The notes below the pieces were generated by a model, which had not been told where the DNA came from, made no database searches, and saw only the letters and a list, made by a program, of their open reading frames with translations. Both the position numbers and the translations under genes were made by a program. A DNA stretch of 64,000 nucleotides from the NCBI RefSeq assembly GCF_036321535.1, contig NC_087436.1, positions 52,268,001 to 52,332,000 of the forward strand. The letters run 5' to 3'. Every line of letters begins with the position of its first letter. The stretch's first letter is position 1. Below are positions 51,126-62,992 of this stretch, in pieces. The stretch comes from Camelus dromedarius (Eukaryota).

Positions 51126-52340
51126 ATTTTCACACAAAGTCCATGTTAAATATTTAACAATAATAAAAGACTATTGGGGAAAGATTGGAAATGGAAATTT
51201 GATCATAAAATGTACAATTATTTGCAAGAGAAAAAAAGAAATTTGTAACAGAAGTGCATGGATGCCTTAATTTGTAGAACCCTGAAATTGTAGACAATCC
51301 TTAGAAGATCTTGAAAGTGGTTAATGACCTAAAAGCATTAAGAAAAACTTCTCTATAGTTATATTCTTATTAGACTAGCTAGGAGACAAAAGAACTACAC
51401 TTTCAACATTTTATTTCCCATGAACTCTAGCTTTAGTGAGGAAATAGTAATTACATTTTCTTTTTTTTTGTATTTGTAAAATACAAAAATTAAAATATGA
51501 AAGGCAAGTACAAATTATTTTAAAAATTTTCTCTGTATTTTATTAATGACAGAACTGGAGGAGGGGTTCTTGATTTAATTTTCTCTTTTGTACAATTATT
51601 GAATAGTGGAGATGACAGAGAATATAAATCATCTGAGCCCTGCCTTTGTTTGGAGACATACAAACTGACACCAGAGAAGGAACTTATGGAATCAGTGATG
51701 AGGCTGGGGCTAGACCTCAGGCCTTCACACTCCCCCAGTCACTCCTGACTATATTTGAAGAAAAATACTTCCTTCTTTTCCCTTCAATTTAGACTCACAT
51801 GGCATATTGCCACATTTCTAACCATTTTAATAGATGTATCAGTAAATTAGAATATGTGATAATTTAGGTATTTGAGTCATTAAAAAATGTGTTATACTTG
51901 CGGTAGAGAAATTAGAATGCTGAAATGTGACATTAGCACAAAATTTTCGAAGGCAAAAAGAAAACCCTTTGCTCTGTATCATGACTGACCTTCCATCTGA
52001 TTTTCTTGTGTGTGTCAAAGATCTTCTTGGTACAAATTAATAAATACAAAATTAATTTACATATCACATTTGCACGGCAATCCAATTTACATTCTTTAGT
52101 TTCTTCTCCCTTTTACCAGCCAATAAATTGATGCTGACATGGTACTCTCTGGAAGGAGCTGAAAGCTGGACCGCTCATCAAGAGATCACGAGGGCAGGTC
52201 TAGTCCCTTCAGCTCTGTTAGTTGTTAATTGTGAGAACTTGGGCAACTTTACTTGACAAAGCCTAGGTTCCCCTGTTCTTAAAGTGAAGATTGGACTTCC
52301 TTCCTAAAGATGTCTTCAAGCTCTGACCTTCCCTGATTCT

Positions 52341-52828
52341 TATTAGTCAAGTTTCCAACAGGGTTCAGAATTTGTCCCAGAAAGTGCAAATAAAGAGACT
52401 GCAGTGGGGACTTCTTTCAGAGTTTGAGCAAACAAATGGTATGTGGTACCCAGGCACTAGCCAGAGTGGGAAGCTTTAACCAGCCCCAGGTTTGAATGGA
52501 GGAGGTGAAAACATGAAAAGTAGCTGCCAAAGCCTGAGGAGGGCAGGACTCTGGATGATGGGGCACCAGGTAGGGGCTTAACTAAAGTGTATGGATGTGA
52601 CTACTGCCAGAGACACAGCCACAAAGCAGGGAGGAGTTAGGGAAGAAATATCCTGACCTTCCTCTCTGCTAGCCTTCCAGCACCTTGCCCCTCATTGACC
52701 AAATCCCACCAGAAGCAAGAAGCCTGGTGATGCATTCCCCAGAGGTCAGCCTCCCAGGGCAGGACCAGGACAGAAAGGGATGGAAAAGGGTGCTTATAGT
52801 AGGGCAAGGGGACAAACTAAATTGCACA
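52341..52828 (-). mobile_element. ERVL LTR (LTR41/LTR33-like)
   Basis: 'agggaagaaatatcctgacctt', 'ccctcattgaccaaatcccaccagaagcaaga', 'gaggtcagcctcccagggca'. Confidence 0.65.
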
Positions 52829-53551
52829 AATTCTGATAGCAAAAAAAGTTATTGTTTATTTCTTCTCTTCACTTGCAATTCAAATAAATTTCAATGAAGT
52901 GTTTCCTCAGATATTCTTTTATTATTGACCATAGCATCCCTTGAAAAACATCAATCAAGAACAAAAAGTACTCATGAAGTGATAATTCTGCTATATTTCT
53001 TTTATTTTTTTCTTTGCTATCGTTATTAAACTTAGTTCCTTCTGTTACCTAGCTCACTTAATGAAGTCCTTCCCTCTCTGATTTTGTTCACAAAACCATG
53101 TTTATTTTTTAATATACATTTAATTCTACTCTGGTCATAATCCAGGCACTGTTTCTACAAACCTCTATTGAATGAACACATTGAAAAAAATGACACCCCT
53201 TCTATGGGAAAGAAATGAAAGACATCTTAGAGATTTAAATAGAGGTTAAAAACAGCAAAGGTGGGTGCTGTTTATTCTGGTTATATTATGAGTTTGTGAG
53301 GTTCCCATGTATTCTGGAATTGGGATGACATCTTGTTGAATCTCAGATCATGCATTTTGTGCATGCCAGTAGGTAGCATGTATAAACACCATGAAGCGCA
53401 AGAACACATTTATGTGGCATCCATCCCACTGGAAGTCCCTGCAGGGAGCAACTGTGGCTCCAATGGAGGCAGGTTTTTAAAAGAATCATATTTACCTCTC
53501 ACTTTGATTCTGCTCCCTGCAAAGGTTTCTCCAGGACATAATGTCACTTAC

Positions 53552-53602
53552 CAGGTCAAATAAGATTCTCCTGCCAGGCAGGGTGCCACCAAGAAAATCT
53601 AG
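53552..53602 (-). other. Candidate 51-nt exon (phase 0 reads LDFLGGTLPGRRILFDL)
   Basis: Minus strand reads ctttgatcttcttggctcacactcacag|CTAGAT...GACCTG|gtaagt. The donor is near-consensus; alternative acceptors would start the exon at 53598 or 53652. Confidence 0.3.
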
Positions 53603-54469
53603 CTGTGAGTGTGAGCCAAGAAGATCAAAGTACAAACATGAATGTCAAAGAACTGGAGAGCAAATGCCAGGTGTCTCCATAGTTATCACTAACATCAATA
53701 TTTCACATGCAGTGGTTTTATTCATGCTCACACAAGATAGAGAAGTCGTTGTCAGTAACCTGAAGACTGATACTGAGCAAATGTCACCTTGTCCCTGGAT
53801 CAGCTCCAGAAAGGTCTGCACAGTGAATAACTTCGTTTGCTGCACTTTTTTGGAGAGGGCAAAGAGACTAATGCCTAAATGTGGAGACAGAGATTGAATT
53901 TATACTCAGAGGGCAAAGGATGGAGCTCTACTTTTAAAAGGTTCATTAAGGTTGGACTTTGAAACTATGCAATCAAGTCTATTTCTGGTTTCCCCAGGGA
54001 TGAGGGGCATGACTCTCATGATTTGACTCGTGCTCTAAAGAATACAATTCAGCACTTGCCTTGGTTTCTAACTCTCAAAAGAAGTAGTGGCTTTTGTGGC
54101 CTCCACTGTTAGTATGCTAGCCAAATTGTGCCTTTTCTTACACAGGATGACCATTGTCCTTTGGGTGAAGTAGGAAGAATAACTGCTTCGTGTTTGCACT
54201 TTCAAAACAGCTTCTGCATTTTGAAAGATTCTATTTTGAAATGAGGACTGAATTATTTAGATATTTTTTCTCCCTCTCTCTCTCTCTGAGCAGTTGTCAA
54301 TAGCAGACTGTCCTGGAGGTGAGCCATTCGATTAAAAAACAATTGGGAAGAAATGTAAATCTGTAGTTTTCAGTAAGGGTACTCCAATTCCGATTTAAGA
54401 TGGATAAGCAGGTAATCATGGAGGGCAGTATCCTTCTATCTGAAGAGCACAACCTATATCCTAGAATGA

Positions 54470-54635
54470 TATATACAGGATCTTGTGGTGGCTCACAACG
54501 AAAGAGAATGTGACAATGAATGTATGTATGTTCATGCATAACTGAAAAATTGTGCTCTACACTGGAGTTTGACACAACATTGTAAAATGACTATAACTCA
54601 ATAAAAAAAGTTTAAAAAATAAATAAAATAAAATA
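54470..54635 (+). mobile_element. Short, young-looking camelid-type L1 3' end with an A-rich tail
   Basis: 'gatcttgtggtggctcaca..aactgaaaaattgtgctctacactgg..tgtaaaatgactataactcaataaaaaaa'. Possible short TSD AATGA (54465-54469 / 54636-54640). Confidence 0.9.
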
Positions 54636-54759
54636 AATGAAGGTAATGTCTCATCAAGTAACGAATATCAATACAGACAAATTATTTTTTAAAAAGAACC
54701 AAGTGAAAATTTTGGAATTGTTTCTGTTGGTTTAACCTCCTCCTTTCCATCTCCCTCTC

Positions 54760-55118
54760 CCTGACCAGAATGCTTTCTTCACTCCTCTTCCCTTGATTTT
54801 GCTTATGATGTGTTTTTTGCCAGGAATGGCTGTCTCCATTCTTTGATCTGAATTTTACTTCTTTGAAGATAATTCAAGCACCTTCACATTCATAGAAACT
54901 TTCCTGACCACTGCAAGCCATTGAATCTGTAAATTCTGTTTGGACTTCTAGTTTGCACTAAAACATTCTCTAATAATTTCAAGTGTTATTACATTATTTC
55001 CCCCTTAGTAGATGGAAAGCTGCAGGGTATCTAGGTGTGTGACTATATTATTATTGTATCTACTATGGGAGGAAGTCCAGCACAAGGCACATGATAGGTG
55101 ATGTTAATCACTTATTAT
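54760..55118 (+). mobile_element. L2 3' fragment
   Basis: 'gaatgctttc', 'gaaactttcctgaccac', 'cagcacaaggcacatgataggtg'. Confidence 0.6.
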
Positions 55119-56076
55119 TTATTTTCCTATACTGCTTTCTTTACAAAATTCACATATGATTCCAGATTATTTCTTCATTGCATCATTCTATTCTCTACCA
55201 AGTCTTCCTCTAATAATTAACACTTCTGTTTCCCTTAGTCCTGTCTTTCCAAGAGCAAACAGAGAAGTAGATTTCTTCTCTAGCTCCTCTGTGTGAATGT
55301 GCAAGAGACAGAGGGTGTGTCTTTGTATTTGGTAGGGGTGTGGGGAGAGAGGAGACACTGAGAGACTGAATGACTGGCTGTTACTTGAAGGTAAGGATAG
55401 CAGTTGGAAATGAAAGAGTCAAACCTTTGAGAATCCTCCAATAGTAGATGGAGTAACAATGGAATTTTTTTTTCCATCAAAGAAGAAAAATTAAGTTTTG
55501 GATAACAAAACGGGGAGATTTTTACTAAATGTGATATTTAAAATTTTTGGAACAGAATTTAGTAAATGAAGCAATGGAAAGAAATTAGAAAATGGAAAAT
55601 AAAAAGGTAGATACTCGACAGCCTTGTCTTGTCCAGATCTTATAATGACAGAAGCTGTATAAGCTCCCTGAGGACAAAGAAGAATAGCTTGGATATTTTA
55701 AGGATTAGATTATTTATATCTTTTTATTAAAAATACATTGTGACATTTGGATTTAATGAATACAAAACACTAGTCATAAATATCCAGTAAAAGAGTTAGG
55801 TTAATTTTGGAACATAAAGGGATAATTTTGTTTGGGAGATAAAATCTAAATGTTAGATCCTAGTGATGCTACTAAGATGATATTTAAGGAAATTACCAAA
55901 TCTACAAAGGTTACCTTTTCTGTGACCCTGGGACTATTTCCATACTGTATGACAAAATGTCTTATTATGGAATGTGGTTGTTGAGATCAATTACCTGACC
56001 CATATTAGAATATATTTTTTCCTATATCTGAACCAGTTTTCTAGCTAAGTATGTCTTCATCTACACAAAAACATAT

Positions 56077-56079
<3 letters not shown>

Positions 56080-56113
<34 letters not shown>
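56080..56113. repeat. (TG)17 microsatellite
   Basis: Seen directly. Confidence 0.95.
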
Positions 56114-56118
<5 letters not shown>

Positions 56119-56136
56119 ACAGTTTTCCCTCAGCAG

Positions 56137-56612
56137 TTTCGACTGGGATTAAAAAATGCAAAACATGAGAGCTATGAGTTCCAGTTTTATTTGGAGACTT
56201 ATTGAGGATTATAGCCCCAGGGACAGCCTCTCAGAGAGCTCTGAGGAACTGCTCAGAAGAGGTAAGAGATGGGATCAGTATATATGGGATTTTGGCAAAG
56301 GGAGTACATGCAATCAAGCACACATCTCGGCAGAAAGTTGCTGCTGGTCCCTAGGAATGGGTGTCTTAGTTAATGATTTTAGTGCTTTTCTACATGTGAG
56401 AAGATGCAAGAGTTTGGGTCCATAAAAAACTTTCTCCTGAAAATATCGGAACTCGCTGAAGGCCCGTTCTGCCAGTTTTCCCAGAGCACAGAGTGCCTCA
56501 TTCCTGATCTCCTCCTGAACTCCTTTCAGGGTGTGTTAAAGGTCAGTGACTACAGTGGCAAATTACTCAATTCTTGTAGAGCTGGATGGTCAGTGACATT
56601 CTTTAGTTGGCA
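56137..56612 (-). mobile_element. Solo ERV1-type LTR with a 4-bp TSD
   Basis: Minus strand starts TGCCAACTAAAG; AATAAA at 56191-56186; GCAG flanks both sides (56133-56136, 56613-56616), consistent with the ERV1 4-bp TSD. Confidence 0.85.
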
Positions 56613-56770
56613 GCAGCTTGAAACCAAGTTTGGAATATTTTGGAAATTACATAATTAATTGTTCATAACTGGATATCTAGGTTGTTCAGAGTGTTTCTAG
56701 GCTGAAGGCTAAACTTTCAGATTCAAAGAGAAAAATATCTAGTCAGGTATGTGTACTTTAATAAGATGAA

Positions 56771-56954
56771 CAAGCCTTCATTGTCCTCTGTAGTGCCATT
56801 TGCAGATTAAGACAAGACCCCCCCTCTGTGTAGGTACCACCCTATGAGCCGCAGCTTGGCTCCAGGGCACAGGTGGATTTCAGCCCCAACTCAGCCCTGC
56901 AGCCTGGAGCTATCGTGCGATGTACAAACTTTGCAACAGAATGTGGGAGCTCTG
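56771..56954 (-). mobile_element. MER91A-like hAT-Tip100 relic
   Basis: Minus strand 'GAGTTGGGGCTGAAATCCACCTGTGC..GCCAAGC' matches the recalled MER91A core. Confidence 0.7.
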
Positions 56955-58119
56955 GGTATTAAGATGTTAAGTGGTGAGCACCAGAATAAGTCTACATGAG
57001 CTTTTGCTTACATTATTTTGTCCAGAGACCGGTATTATTGATATATTAATAATCATCCTTAGATACTTAAACCATTCTAGAGATGGGTAGGAGAGGGCGA
57101 AGATTTTCTCAGTCTTTTCCACCAATGAAGAATCCCTTCTGTTGCTTTTCACTGAAAGGGTTTATGTTTTGAGATAATTGGTCTAATAAAATAATTAAAT
57201 TAAATTAAATTTAATAAAATAATTAAATTTCTTAAGTAAATTTTTTTTGCATATTTTGATCTTTTAAACAGATGTAACTGCCAACACAGCTTCTGATGAG
57301 CATATGATGAGTATTGTCATATAGGGTTTATGTGATTTTTAGTTTAGACAAAATAAACCCATCCTTTTATTTAATCCATGTGTCTGTGTGTAAGTTAATG
57401 TGTGATTTTTACATGGCTTTTTCCCTGTTGATATTTATTTATGAACACTGTGGAGTTGAAAACTTATATTAGAATCACTACTCTAAACGGTGCCAGGAGT
57501 GATCTGTTCCCCTTAAACTTATTCTGTTTTCATTATTGATAATCCTGAGCTACAATGGAGGCAAAATTAAAAGAGCAAAATTATGAGGATAGTGTAGTTA
57601 AGAAGCGAGGAGCTCTTCAATTCTTTGGTTGATCTAGCCAAAGATTTGCTAGAATTCTCCCTGAACTTTTCATTTTATTTTAGTTTTTTTGAGATAAAGT
57701 ATTTTAACTACATGCCAAAAGAGTAGACAGATGTAAACAAGCTTTGACTACTCCTTGCTGATAAAGAAGAAAACTGATTATCTATTTTTATAAATTGGAA
57801 GGTGTATAAAATAAGAGCTCCAGGATGCTCTAACTCTAGTGAAGTCCTCAGGACCCTGAATTATTTGTTTGGATTTAAAGGGAGAGAAATCGGTCTCCAG
57901 GGAAAATTTTGGGAACATGAAATAATATGACTGTGAGTAAGAGTAATATTTTACTTATGCAAATACTTTTAAAAAATACATGGATAGTTCTAGAAATATA
58001 TATTCTAGAAATATATGTATTCATGCTAGAAAAAAATATTTGTAGATGGTGGTATTGTTACTTACTGAATCTTTTGAGTCAGGCCCCAACAAGGGTCCTC
58101 CTACCGGGCATCATTTGAG

Positions 58120-58460
58120 CAACAGAACGAGACGGACTTTGGTTCAGTAGCAAAGAGAAGCTTGTCTCTGATCAAAGAACGGAGAGATGCAAGCTCCCAC
58201 CTTACAGCACTTGCTCTCCTCCATGGGCTGTGGACGGGGCTGCTTTCCGGCGGGCTGGGCCAAGGAGCAGAGGGGGCGGAGCTCCGTCAGGGTCCGCGCA
58301 GCTGCACTGCTCACAGCCCCGCTGCCGCCATCTTGAATGAGGATGCCGAGCACAGCGCTTCTCTTTGGCCCGCCAGCTGCGGCCTCAGCTGTTTCGCGCT
58401 AGGAACTCTGGTTGGAAGTGCCCGGCGTGAGTCGTCTGCGGGCGGCCCTCTGTGAGCAAG
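58120..58460 (-). promoter_or_regulatory. CpG-rich promoter-like element / candidate first exon
   Basis: Most CpG-dense stretch of the window. YY1 motif CAAGATGGCGGC (minus, 58335-58324), E2F TTTCGCGC (58392-58399), GC box (58272-58279), GGAAGTG (58414-58420). Minus-strand ATG at 58224 followed by donor-like GTAAGG/GTGGGA. Confidence 0.65.
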
Positions 58461-59629
58461 TGGAACTAGACGAAGCACAAGGGAAAAAAAAGGTTAGACT
58501 TTATCATTACCCAGATTCTGTTTTTATTTCCTGGGAATTGCTAATGGGCTTTGCTGGTAGCAAATACCATAGTGCCTGTGTTCCTAAGCAAAGGTTTGGC
58601 TTCGGATAATAAGTGTTGGTGATTAATCATATTTTTATCCCTTCTATAGAGTAGTGTGGTAATCTGTGAAGCAGATGCTGTCAGGACCCCAGCAGGTCCG
58701 CTCAGAACCCCCTGACTCTTTCTGCGTGTCCATCCCTTGGCTTCAGCATGCTTGGCCCCTAGAGGCTGGCCCTTGTGACTCTCTCTGGAGTACCGCCCTA
58801 GGGCTACTGGTGCCCGCCAGCATCCGTGGGGGTCCGCATGTCCTCGAGGGTGGCCCTTACCACAGACAAACTGGCACAAGTCATGAAAGCTCAGCAAACT
58901 TGCCTCAAGTTGGGACAAGCTCTGGGGTAGAAATTAGATTCCAGAGCTCCCCTGCAGGGTGCGGCTGAGGTTGAGGTTTTGCTGGAATTGTGCCCTTGCG
59001 TGTCGTCGTAGCTCCCTAGTTCCTTCCCAGGTTTCTCTTGGGAGCCCATCTGTACTGAATCACTGTCACACACCTGGCCTCGCGGTCTTCATCCGGGGAA
59101 GCTGACCTAAAACAGTGTTCAAATACCACTGAAGTTAAAAACGGTCACATGCGCGTGAAGGTGTATTATGTCTTGGATACTGTGCTAGTTTTGAGATAAA
59201 ATAATGATGGTGCTCCCTGCCTACCCTCCAGCAGGGACTGGAAATCAGGGCTGATGTCTGGTAAAGCATAAATCAAGCTATCTTTTCACCAACTAGAATC
59301 AAAGGAAATGGTGGTAATTGTTTTTGATTTTAGACTTCCCGATATATCAGTGAGTACATTAATCCACAAAGGAATAAGTGACCAAAATTATGAAATTAAG
59401 TAATTCATAGATATATAAGAGCAAAAGAACTAGTCAGGCAATTTGTCCTGTGAGAAAAATGCAGTAGAGCTGGAGGCAGGTGTATAATGAGGTTGAGAAT
59501 TTATTTACGTCTGAAAGTCACTGAACTGGAGGTGACGTTTGGTGCTCACTGGCTCAGCATCTTACTGTGACTTCCTGAGCAAACCACTGTGCTCCTTCTC
59601 TAGACCTCAGTTTACTCAACTTGCACTGC

Positions 59630-61230
59630 CTTTTGTGGTTTCAACTGAGTTATTTTATACGGTTCCATTTTCTCTCCTTTCTTAGGAAATCAGTTACATT
59701 TCTTTTCTTACTTTTTTTAGTGCTCGCCCTAGAATTTGCACTATACATTTACAGCCAATCCAAGTTCACTTTTAAGTAACTCTGTACCACCTAATGGGTA
59801 GTTTGAGCACATTATAATAACAAAATAATCTTAATTCCTCTTTCCTGTCCCTTGTATCATTGCCATCATTTGTTTCACTTACATATAAGCATACATAAAC
59901 GTGTATATATGCATAAGATATGTACATAAGTATATATAATTGAATACATTGTTGGTACTATCTTTTTGAACAAACTGTTATCTGTTAGATCAATTAAGAC
60001 TAAGAAAAATAAAAATTCTTTTTTTTACCTTCACCTACTCCTTTATTAATGCTCTTCCTTACTTTATGTAGATCAGAGCTTCTGACCTGTATTATTTTTC
60101 TCCTCTCTTAAAGAACTTTTAACATTTCTTGCAGGGCAGTTTCACTGGTGACAAATTTCCTCAATTTTTGTTTGTCTGAGAAAGTCTTTGCTTCTCCGTC
60201 ACTTTTGAAGGATACAGGGCACAGAATTCTGTTGGTGTTTTTTTCTCTCAACACTCTAAATATTTTCTTCTACCTTCTTCTTGCTTGCATGATTCCTATG
60301 GAGAAGTTGGTTATAATTCTTATTCTTGTTTTCCTACAGGGAATGTGCTTCATTCCCTGACTTCTTTCAGGGTTTTTTTTCTTTAGCTTTGATTATCTTT
60401 AGTTTGATGATATGCCTAGGTGTACTTAAAAAAATTTTTTTGGAGGGGTATTTTTGCTGCTTGATGTCCTCTGATTTTCCTGGATCTATGACTTGGGAAA
60501 ATTCTCTGTCATTTTTGTGTCAAGTATTTCTTCTATTCCTTTCTCTGATGCTTCTCCTTCTGGTATTCCCATTGTACACATGTTAAACCTTTTATAGTTA
60601 TCCTACCATTGTTGGATATTCTGTTTTTTCAGTCTTTGTTCTCTTTGATTTTGGTCTTTCAAGGATTCTACTGATACATCCTCTAAGTCAGAGATTCTTT
60701 CTTCAGTCATTCCGGTCTACTAATAAAGCCTTTCAATCATTTTTATTTCTTTTACAGTGTTTTTAATCTCTAGCATGCATGTATGTATGTATGTATGTAT
60801 GTATGTATGTATGTATGTATGTATTTTCCTTAGGATTTGCATCTCTGCTTACAATTCCCATCTGTTCTTGCAAGCAGTCTACTTAGATCCCTTAGCATAT
60901 TAGTCCAGTCGTTTTAATTCCTGGCCTAATAATTCCAACATCGCTGCCATGTTTGGTTCTGATACTTGGTCTGTTTCTTCAAATTATGTATTTTGCCTTT
61001 TGATATGCCTTGTAGGTTTTTCTTGATAGTTGAACATGATGTCCCTGCACTGATTCTTCTGGCAGTTTCCACTCGTGAGTCTCTGTGACAGTAAGCCATG
61101 CCTTCCTGTACTCACCTGTCTGTCTCTCCAATTTTAAAGGTAGGAGTTTGCACTCTGGCTTCCCCACTTTTATGGATCCAAGGAGGGTTCTTGATTTTTC
61201 GGTCTTTTCAGCTTTTTCTTCTTACGTGAG
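59630..61230 (-). mobile_element. Old L1 (L1MD/L1M4-like) 5'/ORF1 region
   Basis: 'ggtgacaaatttcctcaatttttgtttgtctgagaaagtcttt..tcacttttgaaggata', 'agtttgatgatatgcctaggtgt', 'ttgatttttcggtcttttcagctttt'. Confidence 0.85.
60779..60824. repeat. (ATGT)n tetranucleotide microsatellite, ~11 units
   Basis: Seen directly. Confidence 0.95.
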
Positions 61231-62189
61231 AAACAGGCCCTACCTTACGCTAAGTGATAAAGTTCCCTCCCGTTTTGGTTTTGTGATTCTATTTGCACAA
61301 TCATAAATGGCTAAAGGAAAAGCTATATGTGAAGCTTCATAAGCTGGAAAATTTAAGCAAATATCAGTTACAGTGAGTTATACCTCCTTACATCTGAGAG
61401 CACTGAGGGGGCACTTGCCGAACTTAACTAAGGATTGAGGAGAGCAGTGGAGTATTAAATGGCAAATTAAAAAAAAAAAAAAACCACCAGATAGGTCGCT
61501 GGTGAAGCAAAGCAGAATTTCATGGCCTAATCTCATTCTCACCAGGAATCTATTACAGGTTTAAGACCTTGGAAGATTGCAAAATTAAGAATGGCAAGGA
61601 TAGAGTAAAGGGGAAGAAACTTGCTGAGAAGAAATGGAAACAGAAAAACAAAAATGCAAATATTATTCAATTTTAGAGGAAACACAACCTAAAGAGTCTT
61701 ATTTTTTTCCAGCCTGCAACCACAGTGGGATTTTGAACTCCCTGAGCTTTAGTTTGTGAAAGGCATGTGTCCTATAGTGGCTCTTAAAGAATCACTTTAA
61801 TATTACTCATCAGTTCTGTAAATTCTCAAATGTATCATACAATTAGGCTAGAACCACTAAAATATTGACTCTCTCTTTAAGTGCCAATGACAGTGCTGAC
61901 TCAAGTCACCTCCTGTGTTAGGCAAAGGGCTTGTGAGAAAGAGTCCTCATCCTTGCCCTTTTGTCTCATCCTTTTACCTTTTGGAACGGGTGTCTGGGCA
62001 AGTGAAATTCTGAGAACAGTTCTAGAAAAAGTGTGAGAAATTCTTTTTATATCATTAAAATATTTACATTAAGAAATACTTTACCAAAAACTGCAAACCA
62101 TTCGTGTTTCCCAAGGATGTAAAGTGATTTTTTGATATTAGGACTTCAGGGGTACATGGGAATTCAAACTTATTTTTTGTGCCAACTCT

Positions 62190-62992
62190 TTATTTAAGTT
62201 TTAAAACAAATAACATTACATGGCACAAAATTTGAAAAATACAAAGTGAAATTTTTACCTCCTGCCCCTGTTCACTCAATATTCCTCTGTGGAGATAATG
62301 AATGTTGCCAGTTTCTTAGTATCTTTCAGAGGTGTTTTATATTAGCAAATATTCTCCAGTTGTGTGTATGTGTGTGTGTTTTATATACTGCTATGTACCT
62401 TCCTTTTTTATTTAATAATATAAATTAGAAATTATTCCCTATTAGTACTAAAGATATTTCATTTTAAATGTAGTTCAACACCACCTCACACTGCCTATCT
62501 TCCACATTCCCTATCTTCCTTACTTTTTTTCCAAAGTGAACTAATCACCATCATTTATTTGTTTATTGCTTCTGACACCCAACTAGAATATTAACTACAT
62601 GAGGGTATTTTCAACTATTTAATTTGTTGCATGAGGCTCCAGTGCCTGATACAGTGCCTGGGACATAAGAGACACATGATAAGTAATTAAATTTGTTTAA
62701 TGAATGAATATGTTGGCTTTTATAGCTATATTTTATTCTACTGCATGCACTTAACAAAATTTATTTAGCAGGTCTCCTATTGATAGACATTTAAGTTGTG
62801 TCCAGTTTTTTGCTATTACAAGCTCTGCTGCAAGAAACATCCTAGTACATATATTAATTAAACCATGAGCTAAGATATCTTCAGGGAAAATTCAGGCTCA
62901 AAGGATGTGGGAATTTTTCATCTTGATAGATAATGCCAAATTACTTTCTTTGCAAGTAATACTGATTTATACTTCTATCACCAATATGTATA
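62190..62992 (-). mobile_element. L1ME-type 3' region interrupted by a plus-strand L2 3' end (~62463-62709)
   Basis: L1ME 'cctattgatagacatttaagttgtgtccagttttttgctattaca'; L2 'cccaactagaat..catgaggg..cagtgcctgatacagtgcctgg..tgaatgaat'. Confidence 0.8.

Noticed and set aside
57988..58020. TTCTAGAAATATAT x2 as a heat-shock element
   Set aside because: A simple short duplication in AT-rich DNA without three contiguous alternating nGAAn units.
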